A stretch of DNA of 64,000 nt from Paragordius varius (lineage: Eukaryota > Animalia > Nematomorpha): the NCBI GenBank assembly GCA_964247055.1, contig OZ176054.1, forward strand, positions 7,626,001 through 7,690,000, read 5' to 3'. The position numbers and the translations under genes are program-made. Each line of letters starts with the position of its first letter. Position 1 is the stretch's first letter. Of the stretch, positions 40,110 to 51,988 are shown piece after piece. Below the pieces are notes generated by a model, which was not told the DNA's origin, made no database searches, and saw only the letters and a list, made by a program, of their open reading frames with translations.

Positions 40110-40690
40110 ATAACACTAATCGTACAAATTCAAAAATTTGTTCTTCGTATAAAAACAGAAATCTATATATTTATAAAAATGGAAAATGCTGGCTTTGAGA
40201 TCTGGTACAGGAAAAACGGTAGACCCATTCAAATCCAAACTTCGAAAAAATATAATCATTAATGAATGCCCCGACAATAGCTTCGCCCTTTTTTTGAAAT
40301 AGGCCCCCAGTTCGGGCCCACCCCGTGTGAAAAACGGGTTTTTTTTTGAAAACAGAAGTCCACAAAAATCGTGTCTTTGAGACAATTTTCCGGAGAACGT
40401 GTTGGACCATTCAATTTCATATATGATTTTTGTTTACTTATTTTCGATTGCGCCGAACATAGTCGAGTCACTTTTTTGATTTAGGCCCTCTTTTTACCCG
40501 CTACCCCCGTAAAATGCCATTTTTTTTCAAAAAACAAAGTCCACAAAAATAATTTTTTGATTGTATTTTTTTGCCCAAGGTATGAGACTGTAAAAATTTG
40601 AGAAGGATTTTTTTTCGAGACCCCCCCCCCCCTCCCCAGAAGTCCGAAGGACTTCCTCGGGCTGCGTAGCAGCACGAGATTTACGCTAGT
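40110..40690. repeat. GC-richer repeat remnant with internal duplications
   Basis: Duplicated AAGTCCACAAAAAT segments (~40356 and ~40537), a poly-C run, and no credible ORF. Confidence 0.4.
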
Positions 40691-40729
40691 AATTTATAAA
40701 ATTTGTTGTTGTTTAACAGTAAGCTTTGA

Positions 40730-41830
40730 TGATGCACCATCGCAAGCTATCCAGCTTTTTATTAAATAGTTCTTTAACAATACAATCTGTTTAGTAGTTT
40801 GAGTTGTTGGAAATCCAGATCAATCTTTTTAGCCCATGTTAAACGTGGGCGACCGGGCTTATTGTTACCGGGTGGAATGATGTCGAATGAGGTCCTAATC
40901 GGATTATCAGGATTCATACGGTTAAGGTGACCGTAGTACCACATTCTTTTGAATTGAAGAATTTGTCTATTGGCTCGATTTGTATGTGATTGCGGATATT
41001 TTGGGGATCTAGTTGCGTTGACATCAGGCGTAGTATGCGATTTTCCGCGCTGATAAAACGTTTCTCTTGAGTTTGTAATAATGCCATGGTTTCTGTGGCA
41101 TATGTCAAAACTGGTCTTATGCCCATTTTATAAATTAAGCCTTTTGTTTTGAGGGGTAAGTGCCTTTGTTTTAGTATGTATTTTAGCTGATGATATCCAG
41201 GTACGATTTATTCTTCCATTTATTGAGCTATTGTTTGATGAGTCTGATGTTATTTTGTCGCTAAGATAGGTAAACTTGGTTACCACTTCAAAGCTTGAGT
41301 TACTAAGGGCTATGTGCTTAATTGATGGGGGCGTTGAATGCTGCACGCATGAATCGCATTTGAAATTTATCTGTTCGGATAGTTTGTACATTTTTTGTGA
41401 CCCCATTTTTTACTTTCCAACATTTAATCAGCAAACTCCCCATGAGTAATTAATTTCATTGTGGGGTTCGCCCGTTACCAGAATTTTACTTTTATTTTCA
41501 TTTATTTTGAATTCAAATTTGGTTAGCTGTTGTTGCCATTGTATAAACATTTTTTCTAAGTATGAAATCGAGGTTGTGGTAAGCACTATGTCATCTGCAT
41601 ATACAATTTCATATGGCAGATTTAACCGAATATCGCGAGTAACAGCGTCTAATATTGTAATAAACAGCAAGGGGCTTAAGGCTGATCCCTGATGGCGTCC
41701 TACTTTAATTTCGAAGGAATCGGAATCTCCCATATGGGTTCTGACAAATATTTTAGAATTTTGATAGAGAAGCATAATAGCTGAAATTGATTGTTCATCA
41801 ACTATGAAAATTCGAGCTATGTTTAGGTCT
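40730..41830 (-). mobile_element. 5'-truncated RTE-clade LINE fragment (RT core)
   Basis: GRHQGSALSPLLF...YADDIV reverse-transcriptase motifs, then FTYLSDKI and IRPVLTYATETM; frameshifted. Confidence 0.85.
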
Positions 41831-41927
41831 GTCTGATATTTTACTTAACATTTATTGATCAATCTTTTTATATAATTATAATTTAATTTACATGCTTTCC
41901 TAAAGGCTATAATGGGCTTTATAATCA

Positions 41928-42115
41928 AGGATTCGAACAGAACAGGAACCGGTTTCTGGGATTTTAGCAGTAACCGGGCCGTTGGGTTGGCACCAACCTG
42001 GCTTCGAGTTCACTTCCTCAGGAACCATCTGGGTTCCGATTCCAAAATTTTAGGAACCATCTCGGTTCTATTTTTAAATTAGGATACAGTCCGGTTCAGG
42101 TTCCAATTTTCGATC
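41928..42115. repeat. Hairpin-rich repeat remnant (GGAACC/GGTTCC motifs)
   Basis: Repeated GGAACCATCT(G/C)GGTTC and related short inverted motifs in a GC-richer island. Confidence 0.4.
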
Positions 42116-42343
42116 CGATGAATGCCAATTACTAGACAACAAATATACTGCCAAATATATTAGTTCAAATTGACGTTAGAGATGTCAAAAATGTAGCAAC
42201 TATTTTGTACATATAAAGTGCCCTCACCCTAATATTTTTTTTTCACATTAATTCAATCTATAACTAGATACAAAATATTATTTGGCAGACGTTATATACC
42301 GATTAAATAAAAAACTTGGTAAAAATTTTGAAATAAAATTTAT

Positions 42344-42949
42344 TTAAATATTTAGACTGATATCATTCAATTCTGATACTGATCGCGGTCCGATTTTAAC
42401 GCATTTTATATTTTTCCCATCAATATATGAGCTAAGGTATAAAAGTTTGAATAAATTATTGTATAGGCATTGATAAGATTGATTGGATATGGGATCAATT
42501 TTTCTAAATATATAAAAGCCCAACTTCGGATAAACATCAAATTCTTTTACAAAATGCCATATTTCTTCCTCTGTAACCAATTTTTTATCTTTAATAAAAA
42601 GCAATATCATATAAAGGATATTATATAGATGATTTGTGCTAAATTTACATATTTTATTACCATTGTATATCATTGGAATTTATATTTTTAAGAAGATAAC
42701 CATTGACTTCTTTTTCATATACTAATTGATATTTATATTGCTAAAATCAAAAAACAATAAACTTTATCTAAAATCTCATTGACAATTGATAACAATTTTT
42801 CAAAATTCTTTTCGTTCGTTTTTGCCACATGTTTATCAAAATGTTCTTTCCTATAAACGGCTATATTGTTTTTTAAAACATATTTTATAAAGGCATAAGC
42901 CTTAAATATTAATAAATAAAACTGTTTGTTGAGATGAAGCTTCCCACAT
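42344..42949 (-). CDS. NSMCE3: MAGE-family / SMC5-6 subunit NSE3, ~179 aa; exons 42923-42949, 42763-42900, 42661-42740, 42344-42638; 3' end uncertain
   Basis: The spliced product resembles both MAGE winged-helix modules (AFIKYVLK...YRKEHFDKHV...NEILDKQYKYQLV...GYLLKN; ILYMILLFI...VTEEEIWHFVKEFDVY...IGPRSVSE). Three GT-AG introns of exactly 22 nt restore the frame. Confidence 0.85.
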
Positions 42950-42972
42950 TTTAAAATTTAAATTTTCGGTGA

Positions 42973-45900
42973 ATGAATGTCGTTAACAGCAGTAACAACT
43001 TGAATAGAATTTTTGAAAGGGAAAATAAGGTAGATGGCCCATTTTTAATTATTTAGGGAAATACTGCATCTTTTACCAGACTAAATCAAATATCCCCATC
43101 TGATGTACAACGCCTTGGTTTAGTTGCAGAATATAAGGGTCATAAGGGATGCGTTAATTGCTTGGAATGGAATAAATCAGGGACCCTTTTAGCAAGTGGT
43201 TCGGATGATTTTAACATTATTGTATGGTCAAAAAATTGCGAGAGAAATATTTATCATTTTCTCAAGACTAGCCATCAAGGAAATATATTTTCGATTAAAG
43301 TAATATTTCTACCATATAAGCTTTCCTATTCAATGTCACAATATTTGTTTTATTTTAGTTTTTACCGAATTCCAATGACAATATAATTGTATCGGGTGCA
43401 GCCGATAAAAAAGTATGCCTTTACGATCTTAATACCTGCCAATCCAACTACGACCATGTGTATGGGCCAATTTATAAACAATCCGGACTTTATGGACGCT
43501 ATCCATGTGTTAGCGATCATATGCAAAATAATCTTTCCAATTACGGTAATGGAAATAGCAATTATCATCATCAATTAATCAGAACTTTTTCATGTCACAC
43601 TGGTAGAGTTAAACGGTTAGCCGTGTCTGAACAGGAACCTACTATCATTTGGAGCATTGGAGAAGATGGGGTTGTTATGTAAGCTTTTTCTGCCTATTTG
43701 ATATTGAAAGCTAGAATGGGAAAAATGTTAATAAACTTATGTAAATTCATAATAATCAAATTTAACTATAATTTTTATTACTACGAGTAAATATCAAAAA
43801 TAAAAATTAAAAAAAGTCGATGGTAAACTTACATTGTTATTACAAGTTTCTATAAATTCCATTAATCAAATGTTGAATTTTGATTTACCCATTTTGACAG
43901 TAGCCCCACATGAGATTTTATTTATGGTTAAATATACGACTTAATATTGACCTTTTTTATATGTTTTTTGAATTCTTCTGTAAAAATAAAATATTTATGT
44001 TGTAGATATTTTTAAAATGTTAAATTCAGATTTATGTTGGTTTCTATCATAGTTGCTTAAAAATACTGATGGATTAGGTATTATGTCAAGATACACTCAA
44101 CAAAAAGCAATTAATAATGCATTAAATCCAAACTTGTTTTTTAGGCATTGGTATATATGCCATATTTATTTAACCATGAAAATCTATTATTTCGGGAGGG
44201 GGGGAATGGAATGCTCCATATTTTTTTAAAATTTTTATATTTAAAATTAATATTTTTTTTATAAAAAAAATTAGGCAATATGATACCCGGTTACCATCAT
44301 GTGTCGATCATAAAAATGATTGTGTTTCAGTTTCTGGATCAAATGCTGCTGTCACTTCAGAAGCCGAAAATATTTTATTTTCCGCGCCCACGATTAATGT
44401 TCACTGTTGTCCGTCTACACTGATAAATTTGAATGCGCCTTTGGTTTGGGGAAAGGGTAAATATATTTATTTGTAATAAATAATTTTTTGGAAAAAATTA
44501 GATTAAATATTTTTTATTTGATCTTATCAATATAATATACTAATAAATGGTCAATTAAATTATTTTATTTATGATTTGATAATTTTTTATAACACTACAA
44601 TTATGAAACTTTTGGTAACACGGAAAAATTTAGCATATTAAACAAACCCCTAAAATAACAACTGTTTAATAAAAAAGTGATGCTAATTTTGTTTATTAAA
44701 TTTTAAATGAAGATAAAATATTATATTTTATTTTATTTGATAAACATGAAAATTTTTTTGTTTTTAAATAACTTTTTTGTAGTTTGAGAACATCTTATAT
44801 TTTTAATATATGTCTTAAAATATTTATGCAACATTTTTTTTTAAAAAATCATTTTTTCGCCAAATTCTATCAGCTGCCCTAACGTATCGCATTTTAGTAA
44901 CTGGGCATTAAAATTTTTAACAAATTTAGTTGACCAAAGACTCAAAAATATTTTTTCAAAATAAATTATTCTTTAAAATTTTATATATATATATATATAT
45001 ATATAGATTTATCCAAGAATAAATCATCATCATCAAATTACGCCACGTCCTCGTCAAACTTTATTGAGGGAAAAAGTTTGACTATAAACCCCGTGAGACC
45101 TGAACAAATCGCCATTGGTTGTAATGATCCATATGTACGTGTTTATGATCGGAGATATATTTGTCGAAAAGCGGGTGCATTCGAACCACTTGTACAAAAC
45201 AGTCCAACGGTAAAATGAAAATTTATTTATTTATAATATAATTTTCTGTTGAAAACGGTTATTATTATGTTTATATGGTACAATATTGTAGTAAAAATTA
45301 AAAATTGTAAAGATAAGTATTTGATTTAATAAGACCACTGTCATACATTTTTAAATCATGATGTTTTCTATTTACACATAAATGATTACAATTATAATAT
45401 AATTGAGTTTACCAAGTAACATCTCTATACCTTATTCTGCAACTAAAATGATAAGTTATTGAAAAATCTAGGCTTAAAAAATATATGATTGCCGATATAT
45501 AAAAAATATTTTTACTTTTTTATCTTTATAATTTCATTATTTATTGTATTTTAATGTTATATAGATTATATTTTTTATAATATTTTGCAATAGCCTCTGA
45601 CTTCAGTCTACGAAGGAGATATACCATATCATTGTTGTCGTTATTTTGTCCCAGGTATATTTTTTACATAAAATATATCTAATAAAATTTCCCCTAGCGA
45701 AGTCTTTTTAATTCATTTTAATATTTTTCTTTGTGACATTTTTTTGACTTATAGATATATTTGACATAGTTGAAAGCATCCATTAAATTATATAATACCT
45801 TTATTTCATCTTTATATGCTATTTCCTCCTTCCAACCGAGGGAAGCATGTTGGACTTTTACATTTCTTCCTGTCATCGGCTTGTTCGATTTTTTATGGAG

Positions 45901-48900
45901 AAATTTTTAATCTTCTTTTTTTGAATAGTAGATTGCAAAGGTTTACGATGTATACCTTTTTATCAAGTCATCATCAGGTCGTTGTTTCTCCAGCATGAGC
46001 TAGCTTCCATATTCTTGAGCGAAATAACTTGTGATCGAGACAGTCGTCCTCGGTCAATTGATTTAAGTTTAAGTCATGGCCGATTTTTTTTCCCAATCAT
46101 GATATGGTCTGCCTCGTCTTAAATTGCCGTTCGCATGAAAGGTTCTAATTTTGTTAATCCAACCATTTGAGCGTTCAATATGGATTTATAATTGTGGTAC
46201 TGATTGGTGAGACATGAGTTGAGGATTTTTCTTTCTATTTCACATAATTTATTTTCATTAGCTTGATTTAAGGGCCAACATTCGCTAGCATATGTGAGGG
46301 CAGGGCGCATGGCAATCGTGTAAATTTTCCCCTTGTTTGGGTTTGAAATGTGTTTGTGTTTCATTATATACTTGAGTTGATGGAATTTGGCTCATGCTTG
46401 ATGTGTTCGTGTTGTTATGGCGTTTTTAATATTAATATCAGCTGCTATTGTGTCACCCAGGTAATTGTATTTGTTCACTATCTCGATGTTTATACATGGG
46501 AGGTAGGTAGTTTGTGTGGGATTGTCTGGGTTTATATCTGGTGTTGCACAAGCTTTACATACAAAATTTTCAATGCCTAATAAACTTCCTTTAATTTGTA
46601 AGAACTTTTTGTGGACCCACAGTTGGCATTTAGTGCATTTGATGGAATTAAGTTTCACTTCAGAGTGAAAAATGGAGCAAGGGAATTTTATTATAGGTAT
46701 AGGTGTGCCTGTGATTAAAGCCTTTGTTTTATCTGTGTTAATTTTGAGGTATTTTTATCAGGTGAATTTGTTAAGCTATATCCAGTAATAGTCTTGGGCT
46801 CTGTGGATGTGACCAGCCCAATGTAAACGGTATTCACGGATTGCTGCATTAAGCGGTTTAATATTTAGGGTTTGATATGGACAAAATTTGGATTATAAAT
46901 TGTAGATGTTAGGGTTATGTACGAAAGTATGGCAGGACGTAAGCGGCCATAAATATTTTAGCCTTTGAACTGAGTAAAAGGTATTTATTATTAATTAGTG
47001 GTCGCAAATTATTTTATCCAGCCAGCTTTATGCCACCATCAGCATCTAAAGTATCACCAAGGTATGTAATTTTGTCGACAAATTCGAATAAAGTGGATGA
47101 CTCGGGGCCAGGAGATGCTATGGGTATTGTGTTTATTGTATTGCACTGGGAGCAGATAAAGTTTTTGTTATGATATAAACTTTTTAAAGTGGAGCATTTT
47201 ATATGCACCCATTTTAAAAGTTTGTTACACTTTATTGAATTTCACCTTACATTCATAAGCACAAGCAAGGTATTTTATTGTGTTCTTGTTTATATCGCAG
47301 CTTGGTTTTATTGTATTCATTTTTAGACGAATTTATTTTGGTCTTTCCATAAATTTATTTTTTATTAATTCATTTTCTGATGTGGCGCACAATATTAAGT
47401 CATCAACGTACAAAAGTTCAAAAGGTACACCATTTCGAATGTCTTTTGTGATCTCTTCCATAATCTTGATGATTAAAGGGGTGGTGGATGCTATATAAAA
47501 AGGGATGGGGTTCGTATCGCCAACGCTTGTACACGGATTACAGTTGAGGGGTGTTTATATATTGCTTCTATCGTTTGAATCATATTTTCCTCTATACATT
47601 GCCTTCTGAACGACCAAGTAATCAGATGTTGCGGGACTGAGTCAAAAGCCTGTCACATGTCCACAAACGCGTAGTGGAGTGGGATATATCTCAGGTCAGC
47701 TTTTGTAATTGACGGATTATAAATATAGCATCTATGGTCCCCTTGTTTTTTGAAAAGCCAAATAGCATAGAATCTATGCTCCAGTGTCGACGGATTCTCT
47801 TGGCTAACAGATTTTCAAAGATTTTTAAACCGAGAAAGTTGGAAACGTTAAAATGGCATCCTTTGCACTTATAAATTGGGATTGTATAGCTTTTCAGCCA
47901 ATCAGTGGGTATGATATTATCTATTGCTATCTTGTTCGCAAGATTTTTAAAATAATCCACAAATACATTGTGATCCAGGGCTTTAAATACTTCATAAAGG
48001 ATTTACATTCAAACTAAGAAAGATTGCCGTTAAGCGATCAGAGAATCAATGAGAAAAATCGGTGATGAAAAGGGCAAAGTGTTAGAAAATGCTATATCTG
48101 GCCAATCTGCATATAGATAGGAAAACTTAATAATATTAAAACCGAAACAACTGCCATACGGTCCGATAATAATAATAATAATATATCCCACGATGCAGAG
48201 ATTATCAAAACCACATGGGTATAATCACTTTTTCAATATTTTCAACAAGAAGTTACAAGCCGCCACCCAGTAAATGCTTCATTTCAACCCTTTACAAATG
48301 ACCAAATTGAATTTCGTTTAAAAAATCCGAAAAATAACAAATGCCCAGGTTTATCAAAACTCACAGATGAAGCATTTAACGCTTTGGATCACAATTTATT
48401 TGTTGATTATTTTGCAAATCTCGCAAACACATTAGATAATATGATTCCCAGTGATTGGCTATTACAATCCCATTAATATAAATTTTTTATTATTTTATAA
48501 TCCTAGGTGTTAATAACCTTCAAGATCAATATTTTTTATTATTTAAATGGCAAAAATGTCATAAAAAGATTCAAAATATCTTGAATGAAATAAATTTTAT
48601 TACTACAGGCCACATACCCTACAAACTTAAAGCGTATCGAAGGGTTTATCGTGCTTTAGCTTGTACTTATGTTACTTACAGTCCAGATGGGACCGAACTT
48701 TTAGTCAATCTTGGTGGTGAACAAATTTATTTGTATGATGCAACTTTTTGCTTTTTACCCAAACCTCTCAAGAGATTTCCTTTATTAACACCCGAACATA
48801 TGAATAGACTAGGTAATCATTTTTGTTAATTTTTTTACCTTGGATATAATACTTTATCTAATATATAATAATCAGTATGTATGCTACATTTAATAATGTA

Positions 48901-51900
48901 CAATATTTTTACGCTTATTTTTTGATTTTTCTTAATTTAAGCTATATATGGCTAATTATTTTGATCATTTTAACAATTGATTTTTTATATACTTTAATAT
49001 TCCTCATACAATATGGTATATATATAATATTTATAAAAATAAGGCGACTTAATCATCTATTGCTGAGCTTATATCGTTCTTTGCATTTTATTTTTAGCAA
49101 CGGATGAAAATTATGGGCAGGAATTGAGTTATCCCGATACGAATAATATAAATTTGGACATTGCAATGCCATCTCTTATGGGTGAAGCCCTAACCATGTC
49201 TCAAAATCAGTTAAAATTTCTTAAAAGAAATCTTGGTGCAAATAAAAATGGGTTTAAAATTAAATGTAAGTTTTTTTAAAGTACTTATGTTGAAAAAATT
49301 ACGATTTTTTAAAGAAAGAATATAAGTAAAATATAGTCATTTTTTTAACGCCAATTCGATTTGTATTAATATAATAGTATTAGATAAAAAACAGTTTTTG
49401 TATTTTTAAATTTTGGAATAAATGTTTATATCTCTAGTTTGTGCAATATTTTAATCCAAAATTATGACTCGAGACCATCATTTGGTCACATTCATTGGGT
49501 TTTTTTATAAGTCTCTTTAGACTTACCTTCCTTCTTTTAGCGTTTGCTTAGAAAATATATTACATAACCCGAAACTCTGCCATAAAAATAAATGGCCAGC
49601 AAAAGATTTGTTTGAACTTCATATTTACCATGTTACCATCTTATAGTGAATTATATTCAATGTAAAACACTAAAGAGGAAAATGGTTTTTTGAAACAATG
49701 AAAAATATTATTGATAAAATTATCACAGAAATTATAGCGAATTGCAACATGCTTATTACCAAAATAAGATTGATAAATTCTAAAATTTACATGATACCAA
49801 CAAAAATTATATTATTAATTTCTACAACGTATACGGGATAGGCAGTTTAATTACAAAAAGAGCCCAAAACTTATTTTTTAATTTTGGCTAAAAATATAGA
49901 TATTTAATGTTGTGAAATATTTATAGGTCCTCCTCCTACAATCTCCTCCGATTCTGAAGATTCTCCCAAAAATATTGCGTATATTATATTTTTCCAAATT
50001 TATTATTTATATTTCTTATTATAACAACACAATATACTAACTATATAGCAATGATCGCAATGGAAAACTTGGTCTGGAGGAATATAAAAAGTTATTTGCA
50101 AACCCATATGGCAGATACCCTAAAAACAAATTACAAACTATAAATGAACTTTTGGGTGTTTCGAATCTATATCCAACACTTGTCAATAATAAAACACAAT
50201 CAGTGCATGAAATCAATATTAATTATGGCTCTAAAATTAGTCAAAATCGTCCGTCAAAGCGAGAAAATAAAGGCGATATTCAATCTGACAAATTATCGAA
50301 AGACTCCACCTCAGAGTTAAAAACTACTACCATAAACGATTCCTCTGCCGATATAATACCTGCCCATGTTTTGGCATTAAAGGCTTTAGCGAATCATGCA
50401 TTTAAACAAAATAAATTTCATAGTGCAATCAATAGCTACAATAAAGCTATAGTCACTTTATTAAAATATGCAAACTGTAAACCATCTGTCTTCCACAAAC
50501 AACCAACTGATGCAAATAACCATATTACCTCAATTAATGAGAATATAAATGATGATAATGTGTTTTTTACAAACAAATTGTTTAAGAGTCATAAAGAAGG
50601 AAACAAATTGTTTTACGATGAATGGTGTCAAAAATTTAAACAAGCCATAGCTATTTTATACTGCAATAGAGCTCTTGCTCTTATTAAACGAAATTGGTAT
50701 CATACAATTATTTCAAAGATTTTTTTTACCAGTAGTTATTGAATTATCTATCAACTACTTTAAGTTTTTTATTTGCAAACATGTAGAAAATTAATTTTGA
50801 GCATTATAATAATTAAACAATTTGTTTCTAATATTATTAGAATGAAGGATACATTTATTTAATTTAAAATTTGTTTAGAGCTAATTTTTAGTTAAAAATA
50901 TTTGGTAACAATATAAATATATTAAATAATTATAAATTTATTGCTTGGCAATTAGGGATGGTGACAGTTATGCCGCTCTTTTGGACAGTTTCAATGCCTT
51001 ACGTTATGACGAAAATAATATAAAAGCGCGTTTTCGATTCATTAAATGTCTCTTGGAGTTTGATAAGGTTTTTATCACATTTTAATTCATATATATTATA
51101 TTTTAATTAAAAATAATATGGATTTTTAAAATATTAATATGCACTAGAAAATTAAATTTGACCTTATAAACGTTTTGTTTTTATCCACTTTCAATTTTTA
51201 TAAATATATAGATTAAAATACCTAACTGCGACGGCTTGTATTCCCTTATAAAATACTTCTATTTTTTATTTTTGCCGGTATTTATCTAACAATTAATTGG
51301 GATATGATGATTTAGCAATAATCATATTTATTTGAAACATGTTTCGTTGATTACGAATTACCTTTTCAAACTTTAAAAATAAGATAAAGTCGCACACTAT
51401 GTATTATATAAAAATTTTGTTATACACGCATGTAGTGTGAAGAGTGTCGCCTATGTCTCAATACATTTTGCTCAAAATTTGGGATAGAGTTGAGGCCAAA
51501 AAACAACGAAAATACTAATAATAATAAACTTTTACATTCGGTATCATCAGCTGATACGGCCTTAGTTTCGGCCCTTCGTATGCTTGATAATCAAATTTTG
51601 GATCGGGAAAAGCGTTTAAAACCCCTTCCCTTGGCCAACCAAGATATTTGTTCCGATGATAATAATAAGAGCAACAGCAATATTCCGAAAAAGTTGTCAT
51701 ACGCCCAAGAAATGGAAACTATAATGAAACAACGCTTGGCCCGGGAAAAAAAGATCAAACGAAGCCATCAAGGTGTGTCACCCATTTCGGCGTCCGACCG
51801 AGATTTGATGGCTCTACGTGATGAAACATGTATTATATATGTTATTGTAAAAATTAATATCATAAAAAAGTCTAAAGATCAAGACTAATATTTTTTTACA

Positions 51901-51943
51901 TATAACTTTTTCATACATAAACTAAATAATTTCCAATTATATG

Positions 51944-51988
<45 letters not shown>

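Noticed and set aside
41928-41940. tRNA B-box-like GTTCGAATCC (minus), and GGTTCAGTCCC near 17720
   Set aside because: No A-box or cloverleaf could be folded.
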